A model generated the notes under the pieces. That model was not told the origin of the DNA and made no database searches. It saw only the letters and a program-made list of their open reading frames with translations. From an uncultured virus (IMG/VR IMGVR_UViG_3300023237_000005) (taxonomy: Duplodnaviria; Heunggongvirae; Uroviricota; Caudoviricetes): DNA of 56,585 nucleotides. Shown here one piece after another: positions 25,670 through 35,861 of the stretch. The translations under genes were made by a program, and so were the position numbers. Every line of letters begins with the position of its first letter. Positions within the stretch are counted from its first letter, which is position 1. Location: the IMG/VR virus record IMGVR_UViG_3300023237_000005; one strand, given 5' to 3'.

Positions 25670-26289
25670 TGAAACACGTTCAGTCATATACAGAGTTTAT
25701 TAACGAAGGGTTTTATAAGAGACCAGGTAAATCATACCATGGTCGCAAAATTGCAGTCTTTGATCTTGACGATACTATTGTTGTGTCAAAGGCAAAGATT
25801 AAAGTTTGCGACCATGATACTGGCGATTGTTTTGAACTAACTCCAGAGGAATATAATGAATACGAAAAGGCACCTAGCCATAAGTTAGACTTCAGTCAGT
25901 TTAAAGATTTAGAAATCATGAAAGCTGGAAAGCTTATTGATTACTATTTGAAAATACTAAAGACAGCTTACAAATCTAAAGTAGCAGTAGGCATAGTAAC
26001 AGCACGCGATGATAAGGAGATGATATTTCGTTGGCTAAGTGAACATCTTGGGATATACATTGACAAATCACTAATTTTTGCAGTCAATGACCCAGTTCAT
26101 GGTTATCGTGGTAGTATTGCAGATCGTAAGAAACTTGCATTTGAAGAAATAATTGACATGGGTTATACTGATATTCAATTTTACGATGATGACCGTGCTA
26201 ATCTAAAGCTGGTTAAGAGTTTAGAGAAAGAACATCCTGGTGTAGAAATTATGGCAGTAAGAGCAAATAAGAGAATATCTATAGCATAA
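25669..26289 (+). CDS. HAD-superfamily hydrolase with N-terminal capsid-targeting-like motif
   Basis: VFDLDDT, VTAR, K, FYDD; MKHVQSYTEFINE. Confidence 0.85.
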   Translation: MKHVQSYTEFINEGFYKRPGKSYHGRKIAVFDLDDTIVVSKAKIKVCDHDTGDCFELTPEEYNEYEKAPSHKLDFSQFKDLEIMKAGKLIDYYLKILKTAYKSKVAVGIVTARDDKEMIFRWLSEHLGIYIDKSLIFAVNDPVHGYRGSIADRKKLAFEEIIDMGYTDIQFYDDDRANLKLVKSLEKEHPGVEIMAVRANKRISIA

Positions 26290-26521
26290 AAATCTCATAT
26301 CTCTTGTAAAGTTCAACAGTTTGTCATTTTATAGTTGTATTAGTATATGTGTCACAAACTATGACATCAATATGACACCATGACAATGTGCCATGACATT
26401 TAGTGGTAAAATCATATAATTTTATGAATTACTACGTATTTGACAGTTTGGTACGGTTTTGATAAGTATTGTATATAATTGGAAATAGTTCCAGTTATAG
26501 CACAATAAAAAATTCAAAGTT

Positions 26522-26944
26522 ATGTACAGCAAATTCAATACATTTTTCCCGAACATTGCATCGGTAGATCAAATCTTCGAAAGCTTTAATGAGATGTTCG
26601 ATGAAGCAAAGACAACATTAGAAGGTAAAAATTGGTATGAAGTTAAATCTTCATTCACAAAGGCACCATTCGACTATGACATCGTTACAGATGAACTTTT
26701 TCATCTTCTTACAGTTTCAGTTCCTGGCTTAACTAAAGAAGCAGTTGTGGTTACAGTCGCCGATGGTAAGCTTAATGTTAAAATTGAAGCTGGAGAATCT
26801 CTTTGGACAAGATCATCAGATCGTAAATTTAGTCTACCTGAAGATGCTTCACTTGAAGGTATCGTGGCAGATGTAAAAGACGGACTTCTAACTGTTAAGA
26901 TTTTAAGAGTTGCAAAAGAAGTTAAAGAAATTAAAGTTCTGTGA
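26522..26944 (+). CDS. Small heat-shock protein (Hsp20)
   Basis: VPGL.KE...R.FSLP....I.A..KDGLLTV. Confidence 0.9.
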   Translation: MYSKFNTFFPNIASVDQIFESFNEMFDEAKTTLEGKNWYEVKSSFTKAPFDYDIVTDELFHLLTVSVPGLTKEAVVVTVADGKLNVKIEAGESLWTRSSDRKFSLPEDASLEGIVADVKDGLLTVKILRVAKEVKEIKVL

Positions 26945-26992
26945 AACTGTCTTAACATAATACCATATAACTCATAAATAAACAAAAGTATC

Positions 26993-27256
26993 ATGGAAGA
27001 AGTAGGACAACTAAACCAATCACAAGCGGTTAATGTATTAATTCAAGCAGTACGAATTGCACAGGCTAAAGGCGCATTTACATTAGATGACGCAGAAATG
27101 GTAAACAAAGCTATTAAAGTATTTGTTCCAGCTGGAGATCCAGCATTAAATGAAGAAGCCAATGCTGAAGTACCTCAGGCAACTACCTCAGTTAGTAAAA
27201 CTGAAACAGTTGAGCCAGTTCTTGAAAAAGTAACTGCCGATATTGCAGGAAACTAA
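26993..27256 (+). CDS. Hypothetical protein
   Basis: AV.IAQ.KGAFTLDDA motif; promoter upstream. Confidence 0.7.
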   Translation: MEEVGQLNQSQAVNVLIQAVRIAQAKGAFTLDDAEMVNKAIKVFVPAGDPALNEEANAEVPQATTSVSKTETVEPVLEKVTADIAGN

Positions 27257-27279
27257 GAATTGTTAGTTTTGATTATGTT

Positions 27280-27312
27280 AAACGAGGAGCTTATTATGAG
27301 TTCCTCGTTTTT
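27280..27312 (+). terminator. Intrinsic terminator
   Basis: AAACGAGGAGCTT-ATTAT-GAGTTCCTCGTTT-TT. Confidence 0.85.
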
Positions 27313-27315
27313 CAG

Positions 27316-28134
27316 TTGATAGATAAACAAATGGAAAACTTTGCAGTAATAATACCAACAAGAGGTGATAGACCGAAATTCTTAGCACAATCCAAAAAGC
27401 TTATCGGTAGACAAACACTCCAACCAAAAGAAGTAATTTGGATGGATTATGTACCTGAAAGTCAACATAAAGATATTTCTCAGCGTTATAAAAGAGGCGT
27501 AGAAAAAGCAACTGCTAAAAGATATGAGTTTGTTGTTTTTATGGAGGATGACGATTGGTACCATCCACAATATTTAGAATGGCTTATTGAGTCGTGGAAA
27601 GCTAAGAAAAAACCAGATTTTTTTGGTGTCGGTGAAACTTATTACTATCATCATAAGATTGATGGGCTACAGCATATGAAGCACCAAGGTAGAACCAGTA
27701 TGTTCTGTACACTTGCTAAATTACCTTGGAAGATATCATGGCCCAAAGACTTTAACCCATTCTTAGATATGCACATATCTAAGAATGCAAATGTAGTAAC
27801 GATAATGTTTCCTATAGCACAAGCTTATGCTATAGGCATTAAGCATGGCATTGGTAAAACTGGTGGTAGTGGACATAACGCCTCGAATAACTATAAGCTT
27901 GGTGGTAATAGAGCATGGTTCTATAATCAAGTTACAGCAGATAGAAATTTTTATGATTCTATGCTAGATGATATGAAAGAACCAGCATCTAATACATTTA
28001 GCCCTGGAGTTAAGATTAAAAACAACAATATCCCTAAGATAAATTCAAGATCAAGGAGGAAGATAATAACTACAAACTCACCACATCCACAATTATCTAA
28101 GAGATTATTTAAAGCTAAGCCAATTCGTAGATAA
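27316..28134 (+). CDS. Glycosyltransferase (GT2-like)
   Basis: VIIPT..R; VFMEDDDWY. Confidence 0.85.
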   Translation: MIDKQMENFAVIIPTRGDRPKFLAQSKKLIGRQTLQPKEVIWMDYVPESQHKDISQRYKRGVEKATAKRYEFVVFMEDDDWYHPQYLEWLIESWKAKKKPDFFGVGETYYYHHKIDGLQHMKHQGRTSMFCTLAKLPWKISWPKDFNPFLDMHISKNANVVTIMFPIAQAYAIGIKHGIGKTGGSGHNASNNYKLGGNRAWFYNQVTADRNFYDSMLDDMKEPASNTFSPGVKIKNNNIPKINSRSRRKIITTNSPHPQLSKRLFKAKPIRR

Positions 28135-28136
28135 TA

Positions 28137-29132
28137 ATGAAGCGTAGAAGTATAAAGGCAGTATCTGTATCGAATGCCCAAAGAGTTAGAGTCAACTCAA
28201 CTCATCGTATTATTCCTATAAACACGCGTAACATTAATCTTCAATCTGTTCGTATTCCAAAGCCATATATTCCTATTGTAGTTGAAACGATATCTGCACT
28301 TATAGATTTTAAAAGTATACCTGGAACATCAAAGATAGCCTTTATGTTTTTAACACTTGAAAGTTTACATCAGGGCGCTAGATGGCATAAATTTCTATCT
28401 GATGGTAAAGACAAATGTACTGTGTATTCTCATCCAAAATATCCTGAATATGTAAAACAGCAGTTCTTAACAGATAGTATTATACCCAATTTAGCCCAAA
28501 CTAAATGGGCTGGACTTGGTTTAGTAAAAGCCACTAATAACCTATTGCTTGAAGCATTGAAAGACCCTGCTAATAAATATTTCATGCTTCTTTCTGAGAA
28601 ATGTATGCCGCTGTATGATTTTGATTATATTTACGACAAAATTACACAGAAGAAGAAATCTTGGGTATTTCATTATAAGTGGAATAACATACAGCAAAAT
28701 GTTAATCGTTATAACTCCTTAATGCAAGTAAAGACTAAATTCAAAGATCCTTTGAATTTTACCATTGGTGAGTTCTATAAACAATCTCAATGGATGCTTC
28801 TTAATCGTTCCCACGCTGAACTTATAGCTAGGAATATGACATTGACAAATCAATTCTATAAAACGTCTGCACCAGATGAACATTTTTACATTAACATACT
28901 TAAGAATAAAGTACCGATGTTCCATACAGAAAATATTAACCACCCAATAACATTTGTCAATTGGACAGATAGCAATGTAGGTAATCATCCGGTAGAATAT
29001 CAATCAGTTCACTTAAAAGATATAAAGAATGCGAACGCGGCTGATTACTTTAAACAGCCAGTCTCGAATCAGCATAAAGAATCTCATCTTTTTATGAGAA
29101 AAGTACCACACACAGCAACAATACGAGACTAA
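28137..29132 (+). CDS. Core-2/I-branching (GT14/DUF266-like) glycosyltransferase
   Basis: KIAFMFLT; LL..AL.DP.N..F.LLSE.C.PL; SQW..L.R.HA; PDEH; T.V.W. Confidence 0.85.
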   Translation: MKRRSIKAVSVSNAQRVRVNSTHRIIPINTRNINLQSVRIPKPYIPIVVETISALIDFKSIPGTSKIAFMFLTLESLHQGARWHKFLSDGKDKCTVYSHPKYPEYVKQQFLTDSIIPNLAQTKWAGLGLVKATNNLLLEALKDPANKYFMLLSEKCMPLYDFDYIYDKITQKKKSWVFHYKWNNIQQNVNRYNSLMQVKTKFKDPLNFTIGEFYKQSQWMLLNRSHAELIARNMTLTNQFYKTSAPDEHFYINILKNKVPMFHTENINHPITFVNWTDSNVGNHPVEYQSVHLKDIKNANAADYFKQPVSNQHKESHLFMRKVPHTATIRD

Positions 29133-29701
29133 TGAGAAAGTTAGGATTTATACATATTACTAAAACTGCTGGTACAAGCATAGAAGATATTGCAAACGCT
29201 GCTGGTATAAAATGGGGAAGATTTGATCCTACATATGGACCTTGGCATCAATTGCCAAGTCGTAAAGATCAAAATATCTTTAAGAATAAAGACTGGTTTA
29301 TGGTTGTAAGAAATCCGTATAGTAGAATCATATCAGAATTTCATTGTAAGTGGGGCGGAGTTGGGAAAGACGTAAATCAATACAATATAACTTCATTCAA
29401 TCAGTATATAGAGAATGCTATTAAGACCAGGGCAAATCACCCAAGAGGAGATCATTACACACGCCAGCATTTATATGTAAACGCAGTACCTGGACTAAAT
29501 GTATTAAAATTTGAAAACCTAGCTGTAGAGTTCAAAGACCTAATGCTTAAATACGACATTAAGCTATCTTTAAATAAGAAGAATAATTCATCAGCTTCTC
29601 ATAAGAGATTCACAGTGACAGACTTAGGCAGAGAGTCAATAGCCTTAATCAACAGAATATATGCAGTTGACTTTAAAGAATTTAATTATAGGATGTTATG
29701 A
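29132..29701 (+). CDS. Sulfotransferase (Sulfotransfer_2-like)
   Basis: FIHITKTAGTS 5'-PSB loop; VVRNPY.R..S; KFENL. Confidence 0.85.
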   Translation: MRKLGFIHITKTAGTSIEDIANAAGIKWGRFDPTYGPWHQLPSRKDQNIFKNKDWFMVVRNPYSRIISEFHCKWGGVGKDVNQYNITSFNQYIENAIKTRANHPRGDHYTRQHLYVNAVPGLNVLKFENLAVEFKDLMLKYDIKLSLNKKNNSSASHKRFTVTDLGRESIALINRIYAVDFKEFNYRML

Positions 29702-30330
29702 TAATTAGCGAGAAATATAAATTTATAATCTTGTCAGTTCCAAAAACTGGGAGTACAGCTATGCAGCACATGTTTAAAGTGGCATTAGATGATGAAGTAC
29801 GGTGCGTCTACAGGAATAATACTAGTGGAGTTAAGCTAAGGAAGCATATTACCGCAACAGAATTAAAAGCTAAAGTTGATAATTATGATTCTTATAAGAA
29901 AATTGCAGTGGTAAGAAATCCATGGGACTATGTAGTATCTTGGTATGCATATACTAGGAGATTACCAAAAGAACATCCTAGATCAAGTGTGGATAAAGAT
30001 TTCAATGAGTTTGTTAAAACTATGAAGCATGTTTGGTTTAACTATCCAGAGCCTTCTAGGAGGAAAACTTGGAATATAACTCAAATGTCATTTATAAGTA
30101 ATAATGCTAATAAGATTTTAGTAGATGCAGTTATTAGATTCGAAGATTTGCGCAAAGACGGCATATCAAAGACAATGAATAAACTTCTTAATATTGATTT
30201 AGGAGAAGACGTAATTAAGAATGATTCTCAGCGCTCAGAAGATTACAGAGATTACTATAATCAGGAAGCCATAGAAATAGTAAGAAAAGCAATGTCAATA
30301 GATATTACAACATTTGATTATGAATACTAA
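29698..30330 (+). CDS. Sulfotransferase (Sulfotransfer_2-like)
   Basis: VPKTGST; VRNPW...VSWY; RFEDL; YRDYY. Confidence 0.87.
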   Translation: MIISEKYKFIILSVPKTGSTAMQHMFKVALDDEVRCVYRNNTSGVKLRKHITATELKAKVDNYDSYKKIAVVRNPWDYVVSWYAYTRRLPKEHPRSSVDKDFNEFVKTMKHVWFNYPEPSRRKTWNITQMSFISNNANKILVDAVIRFEDLRKDGISKTMNKLLNIDLGEDVIKNDSQRSEDYRDYYNQEAIEIVRKAMSIDITTFDYEY

Positions 30331-31093
30331 TAAGAATTTGAAAATATGGGCATACGCTATATGTTGGAATGAGGCTAAGATGCTTCCATATTACTTAAAG
30401 CATTATTCGCAATTTTGTGAAAAGATTATCATTTATGACAATGGTTCTAACGACGGTTCTCAGCAAATTATAAGAAATCATCCTAAAGCTGAATTAAGAA
30501 CTTATGACACCGGTGGAAAAATCAAAGATGAAGTTTATCTGCAGATTAAGAATAACTGTTGGAAAGAATCGAGGGGAACGGCAGACTGGGTAATTGTAGG
30601 CGATATTGATGAAATAGTTTATCATCCAGATCTACCAAAGTTTTTAGATACTGCTGGGAATGTTAATTCTATTTTCACTCCAGGTGGCATAAACATGGTC
30701 GCAGATAAATTTCCAACTACTACAGGTCAAATTTATGAAGAGGTTAAGATTGGTACTCTTCATCCCGGAAGCTGTAAGCCAATGATATTTGATCCGAATC
30801 GTATTATTGAAATTGCATTTGATCCTGGATGTCACAGTGCATCTAAAAAACAAATCACTGGCAAGATGTGGCATTGGAAGCATAATTATACAACCGTACA
30901 TCAGTCTCCCATTAAGGTGCTTCACTTTAAGTTTATGGGACCTGAATATATAGTTAGTAGATACCGACAGTTAGGTGAAAGATTGAGCGAATCGAATAAG
31001 AAGAGGGGTTGGGGATTTCATTATTTAAAGGGCAAACAGCAAATCATAGCAGAATATAATGCGATTAAGAATAATGCACAAAAAATAACATAG
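30314..31093 (+). CDS. Glycosyltransferase (GT2-like)
   Basis: NE..MLP..L.HY; YDNGSNDGS; WV..GDIDE. Confidence 0.85.
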   Translation: MIMNTNKNLKIWAYAICWNEAKMLPYYLKHYSQFCEKIIIYDNGSNDGSQQIIRNHPKAELRTYDTGGKIKDEVYLQIKNNCWKESRGTADWVIVGDIDEIVYHPDLPKFLDTAGNVNSIFTPGGINMVADKFPTTTGQIYEEVKIGTLHPGSCKPMIFDPNRIIEIAFDPGCHSASKKQITGKMWHWKHNYTTVHQSPIKVLHFKFMGPEYIVSRYRQLGERLSESNKKRGWGFHYLKGKQQIIAEYNAIKNNAQKIT

Positions 31094-31993
31094 ATGAAAG
31101 ATATTATCCCATATGTAATATTAAATCCAAATATGAAAAGACCATTTAGAGTGGCTTTACCTCCTGTAGATTTTTGGAGTACTAAAATAAGAAGAAGAGA
31201 ACATTTTCAGTTTTTAAAAATCAACCATGGTTTTTTTGGACATGTTGCAGAAATTTCGACTGATAGTAATTTTCCACAGACACCTGAGGATCTCGCATCT
31301 AAAATGTATGATGGTAGAGGACACTACCATACTAAGGTTGATAAGTCTACATATACGCACGCGGTATGTTCATTGTGGCACACTATTAGAACTAAAAAAC
31401 CAAATATACACTTAGGAGTTAGCGATTCTAATGGCTTTGCTTGGTTACAGCATGGAGACACAAAGCATGGGAAGTCCCCTGATCATAGTGCACTTGTAAA
31501 CCTTACTACTGGTACTACAATTAACTACATACACGGTGGTATTTTTAGGCACTATGCAGTAACAGATGAAATGGAAATTCTTTTTAAAGAATTAAACACA
31601 GAAGATGTAAATTTAATAGTCGTAGGTCCTGCATATTGTAAAGATTATATAAGTAAGCTAGTTAATTTCACACACGTGCCTATACCAACTACAAATGCGT
31701 TAAATGAATTAGATTTTATACTAAAACTAATAGAATCTAAATTTGATAAGAATAAACACAATGTAATTATTGGATCTTGTGCGTTAGTTGCTTATCCATT
31801 ATGCGAAAGATTAATAAAAAACAATAAGCTAAATTCAACTTTCATTGATGTTGGAAGAGCATTAGATTATTACATACGAAAACAACTAAAGCAGCCATGG
31901 CTGAAGGGTCATACGGTTCATAAGTGGGCACCAGTTGTTCGTAAGATAAGAAATTCTAAAAATCAAAAGACGGTAAACCGCAATAGCATCTAG
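31094..31993 (+). CDS. Hypothetical protein, possibly glycosyltransferase-related
   Basis: C-terminal IDVG..LD motif; cluster context. Confidence 0.5.
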   Translation: MKDIIPYVILNPNMKRPFRVALPPVDFWSTKIRRREHFQFLKINHGFFGHVAEISTDSNFPQTPEDLASKMYDGRGHYHTKVDKSTYTHAVCSLWHTIRTKKPNIHLGVSDSNGFAWLQHGDTKHGKSPDHSALVNLTTGTTINYIHGGIFRHYAVTDEMEILFKELNTEDVNLIVVGPAYCKDYISKLVNFTHVPIPTTNALNELDFILKLIESKFDKNKHNVIIGSCALVAYPLCERLIKNNKLNSTFIDVGRALDYYIRKQLKQPWLKGHTVHKWAPVVRKIRNSKNQKTVNRNSI

Positions 31994-31994
31994 C

Positions 31995-32530
31995 ATGAAA
32001 GTATTTCAGATCGGCTTTAATGAGTGTGCAACTAAATCATTATATCATTTCTTTTTACAGGATGGACATAAATCTGTACATCATGGTGAATGGAACATTA
32101 TATTTCAGAAGAATCATCTAAATTATTATGTGATGATCATGATGATATTGTGTTTGGTCAGACTTAACATATCTACAGCGGCATTTTGAAACTTTTCCAT
32201 ACAATACCGAATGCTAAGTTTATCTATAATAAGAGACCGCTAGACGATTGGCTTTGGAGTAGACATTCACATTACGCTAACCTAAAGCAAAGGAGAGACA
32301 GATGAATAGATTTAAGCTAAATGAAAGAAATATATACTTAGAATGATAGTAGCGAAACTACAATATACGAACACAGACTGCTTGAATATTTTTCAAGTAT
32401 TCATTCCAAACGATTGCTCACATTTGATATTGAGATAATGAAAAATAAAGAGATTGTGGATTTCTTGCCTGAGCTTAAGTTTACTAATTTTAAATTTCCA
32501 CATAAACATAATACAGATTATAAGAAATGA
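31995..32530 (+). pseudogene. Frameshifted sulfotransferase (Sulfotransfer_4-like)
   Basis: KVFQIGFN.CAT.SL start; PNAKFIYNKR...W..SR and RLL.FDI...FPHKH segments lie beyond frameshifts/stops. Confidence 0.7.
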
Positions 32531-33006
32531 TTTCAAGCAAAGCAAAAATTGGAAAGAATGTAGAGATTGGCGAATACGCTATAATTGAAGAAGGTGTAGA
32601 GATTGGGGACAACACAGTAATAAAAAATTACGTAGAACTTAGAAAAGATACAATAATAGGTAAAGATTGCTATATTGATTCTAGAGTTTCTACTTCAGGT
32701 TCATGTATTATTGGAGATGGTGTGACTTTAAGATACGCTGTAATTATAGCACGTGGTTGTAAAATTGGAGATGGGAGTTATGTATGTCCAAGAGTTATGA
32801 CTAATAATTTAGATGCTGGAAAAACTCAAATTGGCGGGGCAACAATAGGTAAGAATTGTTTTATAGGTACGAACACAGTTCTACAGCACGGAATTACACT
32901 AGGAGATAACGTAGTAACTGGAGCTATGTCATTGATAATGCGGGATATTCCATCTAATGAAGTTTGGCTAGGTTCTCCAGCAAAATTTTACAAAGCTACT
33001 AGGTGA
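32527..33006 (+). CDS. Hexapeptide-repeat acetyltransferase
   Basis: Left-handed beta-helix IG repeats; GSPAK. Confidence 0.9.
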   Translation: MISSKAKIGKNVEIGEYAIIEEGVEIGDNTVIKNYVELRKDTIIGKDCYIDSRVSTSGSCIIGDGVTLRYAVIIARGCKIGDGSYVCPRVMTNNLDAGKTQIGGATIGKNCFIGTNTVLQHGITLGDNVVTGAMSLIMRDIPSNEVWLGSPAKFYKATR

Positions 33007-33875
33007 TGTTATCAATTTTAAAGAATGCTACACCTGGATCAACTACATATTATACTGGCAATAATCCTGAGCACTGCGCTCACCTAAAAGATTGCACTCT
33101 TATATGCAATATTGATTTCTGTTTAGATCTTCCTGGAGTGAAGACATTAAACGTTCAAGATCCACAGTTAGAGTTTTATAAACTCTCTTCTAACTATAAA
33201 GAAGAGTATTTAGATTTTAACTGTATGAAATTTATAGATGGTTCTTGGATCCACATAGACGCAAAGATATCATCAACTACTACAATTATGCCAGGATGTA
33301 CAATTGGGAACGTGGAGATAGGTCCGTCATGTGTTATTCATCCAGGATGTGTAATATATTCAAAGACAAGTATAGGAAGTGGTACTTGTATAGAAGCAAA
33401 TTCTGTAATTGGTGCTGCTGGTATGATGTGGGTATGGGACGGGGCAGAACGAGTATTTCTTGAGCAGCTTGGTACAACATCAATTGGCAATGACTGTAGG
33501 ATTGGTTCTAATGTTACGATAGTGAGGGGTTCTGCTAACGAAGAAAGTAAACTTGGTAATAATGTATGTATGGCTCATGGTACTAAGACTGGGCATGGAT
33601 GTAATATAGCTGACTATAATCATTTTGCAAACAACGTAAGCTTGGGTGGAAGCGTATGGACTTCCACTGGCTCATTTTTCGGTTGTGGTTCAACAATTTC
33701 TCCAAGATGTATCATTAGCGCAGAGATAATCTTAGGTGCTGGTGCTTGTTTAATTAATGATGTACATGAAAGTGGAGTTTACGTAGGGACACCAGCCAAA
33801 AAGATAAAAGAAATAGGAACTAGCCATTCTGGAGTTCCATATATAACTAAATTGCATGGCACACGGAGTATATAA
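33003..33875 (+). CDS. LpxD-like hexapeptide-repeat N-acyltransferase
   Basis: DPQL.F; IG..G; IG.N.TI.RG; GH; YVGTPAK. Confidence 0.85.
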   Translation: MMLSILKNATPGSTTYYTGNNPEHCAHLKDCTLICNIDFCLDLPGVKTLNVQDPQLEFYKLSSNYKEEYLDFNCMKFIDGSWIHIDAKISSTTTIMPGCTIGNVEIGPSCVIHPGCVIYSKTSIGSGTCIEANSVIGAAGMMWVWDGAERVFLEQLGTTSIGNDCRIGSNVTIVRGSANEESKLGNNVCMAHGTKTGHGCNIADYNHFANNVSLGGSVWTSTGSFFGCGSTISPRCIISAEIILGAGACLINDVHESGVYVGTPAKKIKEIGTSHSGVPYITKLHGTRSI

Positions 33876-34491
33876 AGTAACTGAGGAGTTTGAAGAAGAA
33901 TTAGCAAAATATGCTGGTTCTAAATACGCTGTTACTATTGATAATCTGAGTAATGGTCTATTCTTAGCACTAATGTATGAAAAAGTTAAAGGGATGGAAA
34001 TTACAATACCCAGTAGAACTTATCCATCGGTACCCTGTGAAATTATCCATGCCGGAGCTAAAGTTAAATTTGAACCAGTGGAAGGAACTACACTCACCGG
34101 TGCTTATCAATTAAAGCCTACTAATGTATGGGATTCTGCATTAGCATTTACAAGTAATATGTATTTATCTGGTACTCATATGTGTGTATCTTTTACTGGT
34201 CCGTATAAACACTTTAAACTCTCTAAAGGAGGTGCAATTCTTACTGATAATGAAGATGCATACAATTGGTTTAAAAGAGCAAGATATTCTGGTCGTAGAG
34301 AATGTTCATACCTTGAAGAAGACTTAGATATGTTAGGCTGGAACTTTTATATGATGCCTGAACTTGCAGCTAGGGGACTTCTACTAATGAGTCAATTTTA
34401 CAAAGGGGGTAAACCAGTACACAATAAAGACTTAGAATTGCCATATCCAGATTTAAGTAAATTTGAAGTTTATACTAAAGCAAACAGATGA
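33856..34491 (+). CDS. Short DegT/DnrJ/EryC1/StrS-family sugar aminotransferase
   Basis: FEEELA.Y.G.KYAV; DSA; SF...K....GGAILT; G.N..M.E..AA.G; only 211 aa. Confidence 0.85.
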   Translation: MAHGVYKVTEEFEEELAKYAGSKYAVTIDNLSNGLFLALMYEKVKGMEITIPSRTYPSVPCEIIHAGAKVKFEPVEGTTLTGAYQLKPTNVWDSALAFTSNMYLSGTHMCVSFTGPYKHFKLSKGGAILTDNEDAYNWFKRARYSGRRECSYLEEDLDMLGWNFYMMPELAARGLLLMSQFYKGGKPVHNKDLELPYPDLSKFEVYTKANR

Positions 34492-34898
34492 TAATCGGCA
34501 TTGGACTTCCTAGAACAGGGACACGTTCATTGTCACGGGCATTAGATATTTTGGGTTTTACTGGAAGTCATCATTGTGAACTTATAGGTACTACTAAAGA
34601 GGGAGGTATTGAAGATTCGTACAGAATTGATAATAGCTTCTATCATGACATAGCAACTCATCGGCCAATCAATTCTTATATTTTAACCCACCGACCAGCA
34701 GAAGAATGGCGTAGTAGCATATTCAAGTTTAATACTTATGAAGGAATAGATATTGAGCATTATACAAAGTTATGCAAAGAGGAATTTTTTAATTCTACTA
34801 CTGAGCTTCTTATTTTCAATATTATTGAAGGCTGGGAACCTCTCTGTAAATTTTTAAATGTACCAATCCCAAATGTTGACTTTCCAAGTGTTAAATAA
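34488..34898 (+). CDS. Sulfotransferase-family protein (Sulfotransfer_4-like)
   Basis: IGIGLPRTGT.SL..AL..LG; EGWEPLCKFL..P.P...FP. Confidence 0.85.
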   Translation: MIIGIGLPRTGTRSLSRALDILGFTGSHHCELIGTTKEGGIEDSYRIDNSFYHDIATHRPINSYILTHRPAEEWRSSIFKFNTYEGIDIEHYTKLCKEEFFNSTTELLIFNIIEGWEPLCKFLNVPIPNVDFPSVK

Positions 34899-34929
34899 AA
34901 CTAATTAGCATCATACAAGTATAACTGTT

Positions 34930-35289
34930 ATGAATATTCAAGGTAAAGTCTGGGGACTAACTCAGCATCTATTTGCACATAACGATGTAAGCATTCATCG
35001 TGTAGAAATTAAAGCTGGTGGCTTTTGTTCTAAGCATAAGCATGAACATAAGTGGAACGCATTCTTTATAGAATCAGGAGAACTTGAAGTTGCTGTATGG
35101 AAAAATGATTATGATCTTACCGATAAGACCTTACTTAAAGCTGGTGAAATTACAAAGGTACCACCTGGAGAATTTCATAAGTTCCACAACACATCTACTA
35201 ATACTTGTATTGCATACGAAATCTATTGGAGCCAATTAGATGAAGGTGACATAGTAAGGGTAGACGTTGGTGGAACATCAGAACAATAA
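34930..35289 (+). CDS. Cupin (mannose-6-P isomerase-like) protein
   Basis: KVWG; CS.H.H..K.N.F...SG; PG.FH.F. Confidence 0.85.
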   Translation: MNIQGKVWGLTQHLFAHNDVSIHRVEIKAGGFCSKHKHEHKWNAFFIESGELEVAVWKNDYDLTDKTLLKAGEITKVPPGEFHKFHNTSTNTCIAYEIYWSQLDEGDIVRVDVGGTSEQ

Positions 35290-35525
35290 TGACATCTGTT
35301 AGTCACAGACGTCACATTCTAAAGACTCTAACTTGGAGGTTGGTTGGTACCATAGATACAGTTCTTTTAGCCTGGCTAATAAGCGGTGATCCTATGATAG
35401 GATTAAGCATCGGTGGCGTAGAGATAATAACTAAAATTATATTGTACTACTTACATGAAAGAGTTTGGTATGGTTCTAAGTACGGAGTAATCAAAGAATC
35501 TTCTAAAGACAGTAAACTATCTTAA
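35289..35525 (+). CDS. DUF2061 small membrane protein
   Basis: RH..KT..WR..GT.DT; K..LYY.HERVW. Confidence 0.85.
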   Translation: MTSVSHRRHILKTLTWRLVGTIDTVLLAWLISGDPMIGLSIGGVEIITKIILYYLHERVWYGSKYGVIKESSKDSKLS

Positions 35526-35544
35526 CATTTCAAGTATAACTAGT

Positions 35545-35808
35545 ATGAATGAGCAACACTTAGATTATAACAAGACAACAGGAGTATCCTGTGAGAGCTG
35601 TAAAAACGAAACCTTTAGAGGTGTTGTATTTTTAAGAAAGCTTAGCAGATTCGTTTCACCAGATGGCCAAGATCATGTGGTTCCTATGGAGTCAATGGAA
35701 TGTGCCAAATGTGGACATATAAACGCTGACTTTAATCCTAACCCAATAGTTTCTTCTCCAAAGGAGGATGTAAGCATTGAAGATAAGCAAGAATCGGCAG
35801 ACTCTTAA
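35545..35808 (+). CDS. Zn-ribbon protein
   Basis: CESC...CAKCGH. Confidence 0.75.
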   Translation: MNEQHLDYNKTTGVSCESCKNETFRGVVFLRKLSRFVSPDGQDHVVPMESMECAKCGHINADFNPNPIVSSPKEDVSIEDKQESADS

Positions 35809-35861
35809 ACACGCGGACTATTTTTAACATAATAAATAAACAATAACTAATCAGAATACAA

